From Gordius albopunctatus (taxonomy: Eukaryota): a stretch of 64,000 nucleotides of DNA. Positions within the stretch are counted from its first letter, which is position 1; every line of letters begins with the position of its first letter. The stretch covers positions 12,648,001 through 12,712,000 of the forward strand of contig OZ193909.1 of assembly GCA_964276515.1 (NCBI GenBank). Direction: 5' to 3'. Below, piece by piece: positions 27,301 to 40,046 of this stretch. The translations under genes and the position numbers were made by a program. The notes beneath the pieces were generated by a model, which saw only the letters and a program-made list of their open reading frames with translations, was not told where the DNA came from and searched no databases.

Positions 27301-30300
27301 CCCTGCCCATAAATAAACTTCTTAATGAATAAACTTAGTTCAATTAGTCAATCTGTGCTCTGTTAAAACTTACTTTTTTGATTAAAAACACAATAATTTA
27401 TCAATAGAATTTAAATGCAATTTATGGATAATTCTTTTAACCTAAAGCAAAAAAGAAAGGTATAGAAATTTTTTATCATGAAAATAAGTAGTAACATAGC
27501 GAAAGCGACGAATGATAAGGGAATAATAAAGGTTAATTGGAGAAACTTTGTGATGGCGAAATCAAGTTTCTTAACTTTTTTAGCATTTTAATATGCAATA
27601 AAATAAAAAGTAACAAAATAATACACTATTTAAAAAATCTTATTAAGCCCGAATTGCCCGAATCCTATCTTCGTGCCGCCCGCCCGGGCCCGCCCGAAAA
27701 TAAAAATTTAAGGGGCCGGGCAATCTGGTCTCTGCTCACCATTTTATTTTTTGACCTTAATCAATATTAACCCACTCTATATTTTAATTTGATGGAACAT
27801 TATAGACTTACAATTATTAGTGGCAAATAGGATTTATTATCGCCTTTAATTAACAAAAAAATTACCCAATAGGAAAATATCTAAAATTTAATTGCTATTT
27901 TATGCGCTAAAACCTTGTAAGTCCGAGGCGGAAATTTTTTGAATATAAAATCTGAATAAAAATACAGAATCTATAACTATTTTTCAAGCAAACGACATTA
28001 AGATAATTTAAATAGCGCTCCGTTGAGGATAAGAAAGCTTCCGTTGTGTTAAAGCACAGGCTCGGGGAAAGGCCGCATTATTGAACTGATATTCACATCA
28101 CATGCAATTTTGACACCTAAATTTAGGCTTTGTTATGACAGCTGTGGTTGCTTTGGGTAATTTGCACAAACAAGTGCTGCCTTTCGTAATGCGTCGCACC
28201 AAAGATCAAGTGCTTTCCGATTTGCCCCCCAAAATAATTCAAGATTACGCCTGCACCCTAACCTGGCTCCAAGCCGACTTGTATCGCGATTACGTCCTAT
28301 CAACTAAGCAATCTCACCACCACCACCAACTTAATAAAGATGCTATCGGCGAAGATAACCATGCTAAACCGATACACACGTTTAAAGCTTTGAATTATTT
28401 GCGCAAAATATGCAATCATCCCGCCTTGGTTTTGGACCAAAATCACCCGAGATGGTCGCGATTGGTGCAGCGCTACGTGGAATGGAGTGCTTCTAATGGG
28501 CATGACTTTTTGGGAATGAACTCGCGAACGGGGAAGAAGGGCCAGGATCTTATTGATAAGAACACGTTGTTTCGTGACCCTAGGTTGTCGGGAAAACTAA
28601 TGGCACTCGTTGATTTACTTAGAGTATGTGTATTTTAGTTGTTAAGGTATCATCAGTTTATTTATTAATTAGTTTGTTGAAGTGTTTAGCGTTGTATAAA
28701 TAATAAATAGTAGTCTATAGTGAACCTACGCGATTCTTTATATTAGGTTAGCATAGCCGTCAGTATGATCTTTGAATGTGTTTATGCAAAATAAAATTTA
28801 TACTCTTAATGTTATAATAAATCTTTGAATTGTAAAGTGCCATATTTTGTGCACATATTGACTTGAGGCTTTAATTATAATTGGTTAGGGTATTATGATA
28901 TTGGTTTTTATAAATAAATTGTTATGGAATAATTTTATGCTGTCTTAAATTTCATTGTTCTAAGTTTAACTTTTAATGCCAATCTTCTATTGATTTTATC
29001 ATCGCGTTGCTTTAAAGAATATAATGTATATCGGGTGTTTGGGTTACCTTAAAAATTTAGTTAAGTCAGCGAATTGTAACATCTTAACTTTGCAGTCCTT
29101 GTTTCTGAAAATATAATCGATAAATGTATATGGTGATTATATATATAAATAATTAATCTAAAACTTTTTTGCGCTAACTATGTTACATGAATAATTTTGT
29201 TTATTTAATCGCTGCCTATCTCCCAGGAATGCAACATTATAACGTTCAAAAGTGAAGATGTCGACGACATGGCAGATATTGTGAGCAAGCCATCAACGGC
29301 AAAAGATCCCGAGATTTGTGGCAATGATTTGCGCCACAGAGCTCTTATTTTCTTCCAAATCGTGGATACCCTAGAAATGACTGCCAATTTTATGAAATCA
29401 ACTTTTCCCGCCGTTAAATTTCTAACGTTACAAGTAGGTATTTGCCTATAGCAAATAACTAAATTATTTCTCGTTTTTAGTTCTTAAAATGAACTTTATT
29501 TTTTATTTTTAAACTCATAAAAATTTTGTATCTAAGCTAAATCGACTTTAATTATGTATTAGTTATAAAATCATGTTATTCAAGAGCGAGGGCCAATTAT
29601 TTGATACTATAATTATTCCTATGACAAATTTAATAAAATCATCAAAATTTTATAATTACTATATGCACCGGGACGTTTGGAAAGTGAGCTATAAATACAC
29701 TTACATAAGGACGGGGACATCGATGTCATAAAATTAAATCACTACTTTTTTGTAATTTAGAATATTTTAGACATTTATTTATCAAACTTATAAATTTATT
29801 TAATACAATTTTATTCAAAAATTGTATATATATTTCTACAAGTTTCTCTTTTTTTCAATATTAAAGGGTTCCATAGCGGCTAACGAGCGCCACGAAATAG
29901 TTAAACAATTTAATGATAACGCGAAACTAGAAGATAGGGTCGAAGAGGGAAGTAGGTGCGATTTGCTTTTGCTCACCACCCGGGTCGGAGGCTTGGGCCT
30001 CAATTTAACCGGTGCTGATACCGTGATATTTTTTGAGCACGATTGGAATCCCATGAAAGATTTGCAGGTTTTTTAATATGTGTATAAGCGACCCTTTGTG
30101 ATTTATTTTCTCGCGGTATTCCTAACAACCTTATTTATTTTAAACGTTTAAAAAGTTTGATTTTTAAAAGATTTGTCTTATTCTAGTTTTTTATAAAAAG
30201 ATTAGGTTTAGATTTGAGTCGTTATATATATAAATACCAATTATCGATTCAACACTTTACTGTGCAGGCTATGGATCGTGCGCATAGAATAGGACAAAAG

Positions 30301-31670
30301 AGGACGGTTAACGTTTATCGACTTATCACAAAGGACACTTTGGAGGAGAAAATTATGAGGTTAGTTATTTAAACACCCAATGATTTTACTTAGCTATATA
30401 GAATGTTAAACGAAAGAGATTTCTATAGGTGTCTTTTTAATCTGCAGAATAATATCTTGTGGTCGCTTGTTTGTTGTAATAAATATTAAGTCCTGTGACT
30501 TAGAAAGGAAGATTGTCTCGATTAATTGTTTAGCTCAAGAGCTTCCGTAAAGTCAGGGTTTGAGTCGTTAGGTTCGGGTGATTTTAGTGGTTAGTCTCGG
30601 TCTTTGCCCATAAGCCTTCGTATTCAATTTCCGGTCTGCTTATGGTTGAGTTGGCGTTAACCCAATTGACGATATAAACATCCAAGAATTTATTGAGGAT
30701 ATAATAATCGACAAGAAGTAAATTTAATAATAGAATCAAAGTAGCGGTTCGATAGGTTATAAGGAAATATGGTAATACAATTCACGGGGAAAAGTTTTGG
30801 GAGTTATCCGAGACCAGAATAATAATAATAATAGCGATTTTAGACATGAAGGGAATTTCGCAAGGGTTCGTAAGGTCAGAGAAGATACGGTAATTCCCCC
30901 AACGGGGAATTAACTGTGTAAAAAAACAAAAACAAACCTTTTTTAAATGCTTTCTTACCTGAAACAGGGATTCTTATAATGACCACCAGGTTTTCTAACC
31001 CCCGCCTGTTCCCTTTATTTATTACATTTACTTCCCTTTATCTACTAGGCCTTTTCCGGCCACATTTTAAGCTTATCTGCTCTTACATCTTTTTGAACTG
31101 CTTAATCTTGACCGCTCTCCTCACTATGAGGAGAATACAATACTCAATCCCCTGCATAACTACACCTGCCCCCTCCTTAATCCATAATTAACTCAAATAA
31201 TAAGGGAATCCTAACACCAAGGCAGGGGCATTTAGGGTACGGGTTGAGTTATTTATTGTCCCGGTCCCGTGGGGACACGACAATAAATCTGTTAAAAAAT
31301 GTTTTCGGTTGCTTTCGAATCTTAGATGCTTTTTAATTTATTTCTTCCGAAAACAGATTACTTAATTGATTCTTTAGGTCTTGATTTAATAAATTTTTAT
31401 TTTAGCCTGCAAAAGTTCAAGATTGGCGTAGCCAATGCAGTGATTGACGCGGAAAATTCGGATTACTCCAAAGTTAGCCAGGCATGTGATAATATCATAG
31501 ACCTTTTTCCCGCTTCTCAAAATGACATAAAATCTCAGGAACAGAAATCTAAGCGCATTAAAAGTTCAATATCATTATACGATTGCCCAACCGAAGTTGA
31601 TTATATTGATGACGGACAGTATGAAGAAGAATTTGATTTAACGCGCTTTATGGCCGCAATCGACAAATGA
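10678..31670 (+). CDS. BTAF1: TATA-binding protein-associated factor 172 / Mot1 (SNF2 ATPase), 26 exons
   Basis: Phase-consistent GT-AG exons: 10678-10688, 10817-10937, 10975-11080, 11326-11451, 12449-12641, 13028-13058, 13414-13695, 14461-14709, 15252-15401, 15941-16195, 16678-16785, 17379-17701, 18894-19062, 19752-19938, 20512-21213, 21477-21644, 21871-22449, 22743-22879, 23994-24249, 24853-25252, 26777-26946, 28142-28623, 29227-29433, 29867-30067, 30268-30359, 31406-31670. Motifs: [19 protein letters not shown] twice, [68 protein letters not shown]-terminal QYEEEFDL. Confidence 0.96.
16388..16610 (+). mobile_element. Probable tRNA-derived SINE in a BTAF1 intron
   Basis: A-box-like GGCGTAGTTG and B-box-like GGTTCAAATTCC at tRNA spacing, no clean cloverleaf, and a (TTA)-rich tail. 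Confidence 0.45.
18261..18313. repeat. (GAAA)n microsatellite
   Basis: Directly visible tandem repeat. Confidence 0.95.
19424..19610 (-). mobile_element. RTE LINE 3' fragment from a different subfamily, with a (TAA)n tail
   Basis: The minus strand encodes [16 protein letters not shown], similar to the RTE C-terminus LEMEVPGRRGRGRP. Confidence 0.6.
23281..23611. mobile_element. Tc1/mariner (pogo-like) MITE
   Basis: TA|CAGTCGAAAA...TTTTGACTG|TA termini with TAATCGCGA subterminal repeats. Confidence 0.85.
24459..24545. mobile_element. 87-bp hAT-type MITE
   Basis: TIR CATGGGCGTAGCCAGG / CCTGGCTGCGCCCATA with 8-bp TSD AAATCAAA. Confidence 0.85.
25327..26344. mobile_element. Non-autonomous piggyBac element
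   Basis: TTAA TSDs, TIR CCCCACAGGTACCA / TGGTACCTTTCGGG, and three internal copies of CCAGTGTARCCTTTAGGTGAC (one inverted). Confidence 0.88.
27053..27734. mobile_element. TIR MITE with GCCCG repeats (probably hAT)
   Basis: CAGAGGTCAGATT...AATCTGGTCTCTG termini; no clear TSD. A related end occurs at ~60130-60533. Confidence 0.65.
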
Positions 31671-32095
31671 GCACATGCACGCATAATTCATATCATTGGT
31701 TTTGTTTAATTAAATCATGGACGTTTTTGTATTTTATATAGTTGTATTTATGTTCAATAAATTTTTTAAACCTAAACATTATATCCTTGTTTTCCACCAA
31801 AGTGTTCTTTTCTCAATTGGTGTTTCTTCACATAAATGTTAGCCAGTGCGTATTAAGGATACCCTGACTCGCATCATTAGGAGAGACTTTAAAGTCTAGA
31901 TTATAAAAAATTATTAGAAGTTGCGGTGGTTTTATTTGATTATTTTATAGAATCTTACTAATATGTATGTGAATAAAATAAAATAGTTTGAATGGCCAAA
32001 ATGATTATATTTATATAAAAAGAGCGCTCTATCGATTAAAGTCCTTGTCTTTGCCTCTTTATAAGTCAGGAACCACCCAAAATATATGATTTATG

Positions 32096-33156
32096 TAGTG
32101 CTGTAAGTGAACGCGTTCAAATTTTATGAACGCGTTCATGAACGGCGTTCTTTTATTTTTTGGTGAACTTTGAACATGAACGCGTTCCTTTTTTGATGAA
32201 CGCGTTCGAATTTAACGTTCGTTCAATTTTAAAAACCCTTTTTTGTTTTTATTTATTTGAAAATTAATGTCAATCCGAATTTTTAACAAAAAAGTATTAT
32301 ATTTTTTAATCAGTTGTTTTTCCTGTTTCCTATTACCAATTCCGAAATACTTTTAACATACTATAACGTGCAAAAGAAGATAAGATTAAAGTTAATTAGT
32401 TTGATATTATTAATTATAGTTTAATTTATAGGTTAATATGGACAATCATAATATTATATCGTCGTCATCTTCAGATTCGGAATATTCAAAATCAGCAGAT
32501 GAATTGAAATTGCCATGGCCAAAATATGAAAAATATTTTTCACTCGTTTCATATAAAAGATCAAATTCAATAATTAAAATGAACCTTTAAAGAATAAACT
32601 TTTAGTGTTATTGAAAAAAGGGATTGAAACCCCTAGAATTGATAATGAAAGAGCTGTCAACTCCGAGATATCATTTTTTGGCGAGGAAGTAGAGGGCGCA
32701 TTGGAGGATGATATCTTGTCGCAATTTTTTGAACCGAGGGACAAAACATTAAAAGTTTTAAATAAATTTCCTCCTTTAAAAAATTTGTTTATTAAGTATA
32801 ATACTCCAATCCCCTCATCTGCCCCTGTGGAGCAGGTTTTTAGTATAGCTAATGCTGTATTAACATTTAACTGCCAAGCGTTCCTGCTTATCAGACGACA
32901 ATTTTGAAAAACAATTATTATTAAAAATAAATAAGAAAATAGATTATATTGATTTATAATTATATTGTCGAAATAAAACTATTATTTTTATCATGGCTAT
33001 TTATTGTATTAAAAAATATAAGACATTTATTTATATTAAATTAAACTTTAAAAAAATTTATCATAAATTTTGAACGAACGTGAACGCGTTCCTTTTTTCT
33101 TTAAACGAACTTGAACGTGAACGCGTTCGATTTTTTTACAAATGTTTACAGCACTA
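32096..33156 (+). mobile_element. hAT deletion derivative with C-terminal dimerisation domain remnant
   Basis: TIR TAGTGCTGTAA / TTACAGCACTA, GAACGCGTTC repeats, and ORF fragment KYNTPIPSSAPVEQVFS. Confidence 0.88.
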
Positions 33157-34295
33157 TTTATTAGTGATAAAATTGCGATTGATAATGCAAATGCCAGGAA
33201 GGGGGAGATCATATACCTCCCTGTTTAGTCAGCCTCTTTTCTCCATAACTTTTAGAAAAGGGCGGAATTATATGGGTAATTCAAATAGAGCTTTGTATTT
33301 TAGTGAGAATCTGATTATAATTTTGAATTAAACGGGCAAACAAATAAATGCATGTAAACCCCATAAAAGATGGCCTTTAATGGACAGAAAGATAAACCGT
33401 CAGGAGGCATTCGACCTGGAGAAGAAGGGAAAATATTTAATCTTATTTACGGACTAAGTGCCTGGTGGCGTTGTGCAATTTATAAAGGTTATTGTCTGGT
33501 GCATTTAATCAATTTCAAAAAATATGTTATGTCAACCTTGAAACTTGTCATAAATTAGCTGGGATAATTAAAATGTGTTGTAGATGGCAGTAAATGAATT
33601 GGTAATTTTATGAAATATATTAGTGAATTTACGTAAATCCTAAATTGTTTTTGAATTATACAATAGTAGTATTTTTAAAGAGAATTTAGAAAGATAATAA
33701 TTTAATACTCTTAGAACAATACATTTGTATAATATGTAACTTTATTTTAAATAAACGCATTTATTTGAATAGTATAAAGCAAATTACAAAGTATAATTTG
33801 TCAACTTAATGATGATACAATCCTTGCTCTCTCATTAATGATGCTGAAACAAATATGGGCCTAAATATCTGATTATATTATTTACCCACTTTTTATCGTC
33901 CACAAAATTTCAAAACTATCAAGCCTCCTCCCTTCTTCTATCGATGGCCCTTTCGGCCTACCCTATTAAAAATCGAGAATTTAACAAATAAATGAGAAAA
34001 TCATCTATAATTTTAGTTTGTTAATATACGATCAGCTTTCCAACCTTAATAGTTCATAGTAGAAGTAGTGTTGTGACGGGCGCGCGTGCTGAGGGGGTAT
34101 TGTAGTCTTATGAATAAGAGTAGTCTCATTTTCTGGTGAAGACATTGAGTGTGGGTGTATTGAATACCGACCACTAGCTAGTCTATTATTTTTTCATAGA
34201 GACCCGATGGACCATTAGATATACGCTAAGGGGGTGTTATTAGCTAGTTGTTATTGTCATCATCATCAACACGATGTGTGCTGTTGTGCGTGAAG

Positions 34296-35314
34296 TAGAG
34301 GTGTGCACGGATCAATCCGATCCGTCCGAACTCGGATCGGATCAACATTTTAATTTTGGAAGTCCGATCGGATCAACATTCTATTTTAATCGGATCGGAT
34401 TTTCAAATTTAAAATAAAAATAATAAGTTCTAATTAATTAAATTAATAACTTTTAGTATACCTTTTCATAATTATCTTTGCATTCTTTTTTTACTTTACC
34501 ATTTTTGATGCCCAATACCACCTCTCACCATACTTACCCTAACATATTTATCAGTATTTCCCTAGCTAGACTTTCTTGTTTGGCGACAAAGGAGCTAGTG
34601 TCAATGATAAATCAGCATCTCCCGTTTCCTTTTTAGCACACGCATCTCTTTCTATCTCAACTCCGAAAATCATCAATCACAATCTCCCCTTTCTTTAAAG
34701 CACACACGTAGATCCTTTCTATTGTTTATCATATTAAAAACCGTCATGGAAATAATAATAAAGAAATTTAAAAGAAATATGCTTCAACAAGTTAAAAAAT
34801 AAGACGGAAAAAGTCAAATTTGGAGTTACTTTTACCTTCTAAATAAATAAAAATGATACATACACCGGTTATGTTATCTGCAAGAAATGCCATCATATCT
34901 ACATATATAATTCCTTTCGAGGTAGTTCCCATCTTTAGCATCATAAATTTATTCCAAAAACTTCAGCTAAAAATACAATTGACAAATTTGTTACCAAACC
35001 TCTCGCTGAAATCACAAAATTAAAAATTTTTTTTGAAAAGCATCTAATTTATTTTATTTCAAAAGATATTCGACCGTTTTCAATCGTTAACGAGATTCTT
35101 TATTATTTTTATATGATAATATGGAATTAGTCAAATAAAATTTTATATTTATTTCAGGTCTATTAAAATTGCTATACCTTATTTTTATGTATTTTGAATT
35201 TAATCATCAATAAAAAGTTCTGTTCGTAAAATTTTAATTTAAAAGTTTCGGATCGAATTTAGATTTTAAAATACTCGGATAGGATCAAAAAAATATGATC
35301 CGTGCACACCTCTA
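34296..35314 (+). mobile_element. hAT deletion derivative with BED zinc-finger remnant
   Basis: Perfect 18-bp TIR TAGAGGTGTGCACGGATC, TSD GCGTGAAG, CGGAT repeats, and KSQIWSYF...VICKKC. Confidence 0.92.
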
Positions 35315-37974
35315 GCGTGAAGTGCAGTCAAACTTGTTAATCTCTAAGATATCCTGTCTAGTGTAAGTAAACTCATAATAAATTAAAGACTTTGCTAAGT
35401 ACCGGAGAAGACATTCAACTTTTACTTTTATTATAACTATTAAGCCAGGGGCTTACGCAGGATTGTATATTGGGGGGGGGGGGTGTAAGGGAAAGAGAGG
35501 GTTACAATATCAAATAAACTGTATCTAAGCTTGGTGTTTTTGTTATGTCCCTCCAAAAATATAATGTTTTTAAGCCCTTGTAATTATTACACAAATTATA
35601 AATTATTTTTATCTTTCGACTAATTTTTATCTGTAACAAGTAAAAGCACAACAAACATTCGATTTCAAAAAAAAATATTTTTATCCAAAAAAATAGTTAC
35701 AAAAAAAATTAACCATGAAAAGTTTAAAACCCTCTCCTTCAAAAAATCCTTCTTATGTTTCTAGGTTTTTATAAGTGACTCAAAGTCTTTGACCCATTTA
35801 ATTTAGTTATTAATCAAAAAACTTCTCAGGAATTTCCCGTCTCCCCTCCCCCTCATTTACGCCACTGATTTATCCACATTGTTGCTATTTTATGTTAAAA
35901 AAAGTAAATAATACAAAGAATTATTTACCCCCTCATACCTCCTTATTTGCTTCATCAATATGATGGTTAATGTGAATAATGTAATGGCACATGTGGCGGT
36001 TCTATTTTCTACAATTTAGGACCATGGGGGAGGGGATTAGTAAAAAAGGGGGACCTTACACTAGGCAAGCGCGTATTACGATGGACCTTTATAAGGGAGT
36101 CTGTTTTCCTCCGTCCGTTGTCCGTCCTTTCAACGTTCTGACTTGCTGGTTCGATACCCGGAGAGGACAAATTTTTGGCCGTCCGCTGGCTACTGACCAA
36201 TGAAAAAATGACCACTGGCCAAAATAAGAAATCGATTTTTTTTCTAGATTATAATTATAGGCTAGTTATTTGGCTGTCTGCTAACTATTAGAAAAAATGA
36301 CCACTGGTCAAAGAGATGGAAAAAATGGCCAAGGTCTGATTGGAAATTTTTTTCATTTTTTTAATATCTTGTTTATACTATACATATGGAATTGAGTCTA
36401 TAATCATAATTCAAATTATGGGTCGCCTATTCGAATATTGACTTAATTTTGTATTTTAATTAAATAAAATTTTTATGTATAAACTAAAGTAATAGAAGTA
36501 TTGCAATGGAATATTTCCAAAAATTATTAGTAGAAAAAATGTCAAAAATACCTTTTGATAGATTTAAATTCGTTTGTCACATTAATCAGGAAACAGTGTG
36601 GTGGTACATTTTGGTCGAAAGTAATTAATTAAAAAAGTATTTATACAAAAACTTATTTTTAAAAACAAATAAAATTTTAATTATAACGTTTTTATTATGT
36701 CCGAATTTTATTTATAAACCAAGTTGGATAAAACAATCTTTTATTTTATGAATTATTATTTATTTTATAAAACATTTTAATAATCCGTAGATGTTAAAAC
36801 TCTATCATTCTAACTAATTTTATTTCAATTAATTAACTGCTACGCTTTAATATATACAAAAATTATTGTTCCAAATTTAGTGAGATTTAACCGGTTTAGC
36901 GAAATAACATCTATATTTTAAGCTCTACAATTTTCAATGGCTCTATTTCAAAAAAATAAATGCGTTTTCGCCTTATAAGCGTAAAAATTATTCTGTTTAA
37001 ATAATTAAATTTTCAACAGATTCAGGCGCAACATATACTTAGTGTTGTTGCCCATGCATAATAGAGCGATTTTATGGTTTGCATAGATAGTGCCAGGTGT
37101 GGACCCTTGCCCCATAAAATTTCAGTGATTGAAGAAATTATAGCTTATTTTTTCGAGTAAGCTTTCCACCACATCACTATTTCTGAAATTACTAAATTGT
37201 GGTAAGAATCATTCTTAAAACACTTTATTTATTTCACTTGAAATTCTATACCGTAAAATTACAATTAAAAACTCTTTTATTTATCGCCCATAATTTATTA
37301 TCAATAAATTAATTAAAATTATTTCAAATATCTTTGACAAAATACACATTTGCCCCAAATTAATTTAGTTCTATCTTACTTTTTAAGTAAGTACAAAAAT
37401 GCAAGTAAATCCTTGTCTGCGACAATCTATAGTCTCTCTATGTTAAGGAATATTATAATCCCATATCTATATGTCAGAAATTTGCACATAATCACTTAGA
37501 ATTATCAGGTTAGGTTTAACCGTATAATATTGAACATGTGGTGATAGTTTTAGCTGCCATGGGTGGGCATAGGATATTTCGACGAGTTAACAGGATGGGT
37601 GTAGCGAATGATGGATAGACACCTGAGGAATTAACGTAACGAAAACAACATTCAACCATTTTGAATTCACCAAATCGTTCCATAATTCGCGTTATCATCC
37701 CATTATTATTCTTTTTTATCATCGCATAAATTTATCACATTATTTTTCTTTTACTTCACGTTATCATCCTATTATTATATTTATAATTTTACCGCGTTAA
37801 TAAAGCATAGGATCCACAGCACTTGTTAAAAGGGGAATTAATAAAAAAAATAACTTATACGCGCTTTTCACCATACACTCTATTAATATTAAAGGTATAA
37901 CTTGTGTTTTCTTTTTATTATGTCTAATAATCCCCCATATTACTAACTTACTTTATGAGCTCTTGAGCATCTTT

Positions 37975-38230
37975 ACATATATACATAGGGCCGCCCCGAC
38001 TAACAGTCGTTTTTTCTTAACGTTCACTCGGATTAAGATGAGTGAGAGTCTACATCTTTAGAGATGTTTATGAGGGCTTATTAGACTATATGTCACAATA
38101 GTACAGGCATAGAGGTACCGCAAGTCAGTAGGCAGCACAATCGATTTATATAAAAATCATAAGTCAAACAAAAATTTACCTATCATCTACGGCAACTACT
38201 GGAAATAAGGGATAGTTTACCTCGTTCGGG
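37975..38230 (-). repeat. Unclassified interspersed repeat, copy 1
   Basis: Reverse-complement homology to 59494-59755, including the hairpin CGACTAACAGTCG. Confidence 0.8.
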
Positions 38231-40046
38231 TGCACATTGGTACCTGCTTGATTCATTGTCAGACTGCGGGAAGAGGTCTTGGTGGTTTACGGATGGTAAT
38301 TAATTTTCTTGACGTGTTGAGAGGAACTTGTAAACTAAGTGATTGGTGATAAACTTTTTCCAAACGTTCTTGCCTAAAAAGATCGCATCTTGTTGGTCGG
38401 GTTGAAGTACTATGCCGTTTAATTCTTTCGTGTTCATTTGTTAGTGTGTTAGTATGTAAAAGTGTAATTAATTATTGATTATCCCTTGAGACTGTGGCGG
38501 CTCTCCATGGTTCACTAGTTTGGGCGTCAGGCTCGGGCAAATGGATAGATGATGTGGGAAGTTGAGTCTTTTATTTTCATCACGACAGATAATTCAGCCA
38601 CAACTTTTTGGATTTCAGCTTGCTTAGGACGTATTTTCACAATTGTTGACAAGGTACTTCACATTTGAACTTATTGATTAATGTATCAATGTCCGCCGCC
38701 TCCGTTAGCATAGAAAAAAGGGAGACAAGGAGGGAGAGGGAGGGAAAGTAATTAAGTAAAAACAATTATCAAGATTATCTACTACAAGCTGTCGGTACTT
38801 CGTAAAAACTTGTCCTTTTTGGTAAATAGTTATTGGGTCGATATAGGCTGGCTGAGTCGTTTATAAATAAAACCGTTATGGTAGGGGAGCGGGAAGGGGA
38901 AAAAATTACACAATAGCGCTATCGATCCTAGATGCAAAGAATTGAGCGTTAGACTAAAAGCGTGGGTGGAAAAAAAATATTAGATTGTATATAAATATTT
39001 TCTTCAAAGGTCCCCTATTTTTTTATTTACTATTTGTGGCATGCAATCCTCATTAAATTAAAGGGCTTTGATCTATAATTACGTATAATAACATTTCTCC
39101 TCTGACCACGTCTTAAATAAGGACCTACATATAAGCTACGTATATTTAAACTGTAACTAGAGTTCTTTGATGGGCCTACTTTTCTTTGTTATAAAAAATT
39201 GATTAACAGCTATCAATTAAAAAAACTATATCAGAAGATAAGTATGTAATGTACATTTGCATAAATTGTAAAAATTGAAATCGAAAAAAATAAATAAAAA
39301 AGTGATGATGGCGCGGGATTCGATCAGGGCAAAATAAAAGAATTTTGTGCTGGAAGAAATTAAAATAAAAATTAATATTTGCATGGGTTAGAAATCAAAA
39401 AAATAAAGTTACAAAAGTCGTACACATTATAGAGATGAAACAGCGAGAATGGGTATATTTTTTGCGTGGGCTCCTAAGCTTAAAATTCGTTTGTTTTAGG
39501 CAAGGAATATTTATTTCCTTTCTTTTTTCTGAAATTCAGACAGTGTGCCATGATTGGTTGCATAACTCTGGATAGTAGACGCTAGGTGGGGAGGGGGGAA
39601 AGGGGGAAGGCAGAAAAAATATATTATACAATATATATTAAAAGCCATAACCTACACGCAAGCTTTTAAGTTCTATAAAACAGTTCGCATTAAGTGCACT
39701 CTTTAGAAGGGAGGGGCAGGGCGAGGGGAAGATGGAGTTATATAACTACATTATTCGTAAAACTCCATATTATGGTTCAAAAAATAAATAATAAAAGTGG
39801 GGGAGGAGAGGGGGGAGAGAAATAGAAGGTGGAAACACTTAACTAGTCTCAAGGTTAAACTTAGCTTGTGCTAAATACGTTTATTTGATTTGTGTTTTGG
39901 CGGGCCCTTTTCAAGAAAGGCGCCGGCCATTCATGGTAGTCGGAGTAGGCGTCTGCCTCCGGAGCAGATTAGAAATATCTAGTTGCACTATTTTCAGATA
40001 ATGGGTAGCAAGAGTTTTTGTGTTACAAGGGATCGAGGCTGGATGG

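Noticed and set aside
34069..35440. Solo LTR hosting the hAT at 34296
   Set aside because: It starts TGTTGTG and has AATAAA, but I found no CA end, TSD or second copy.
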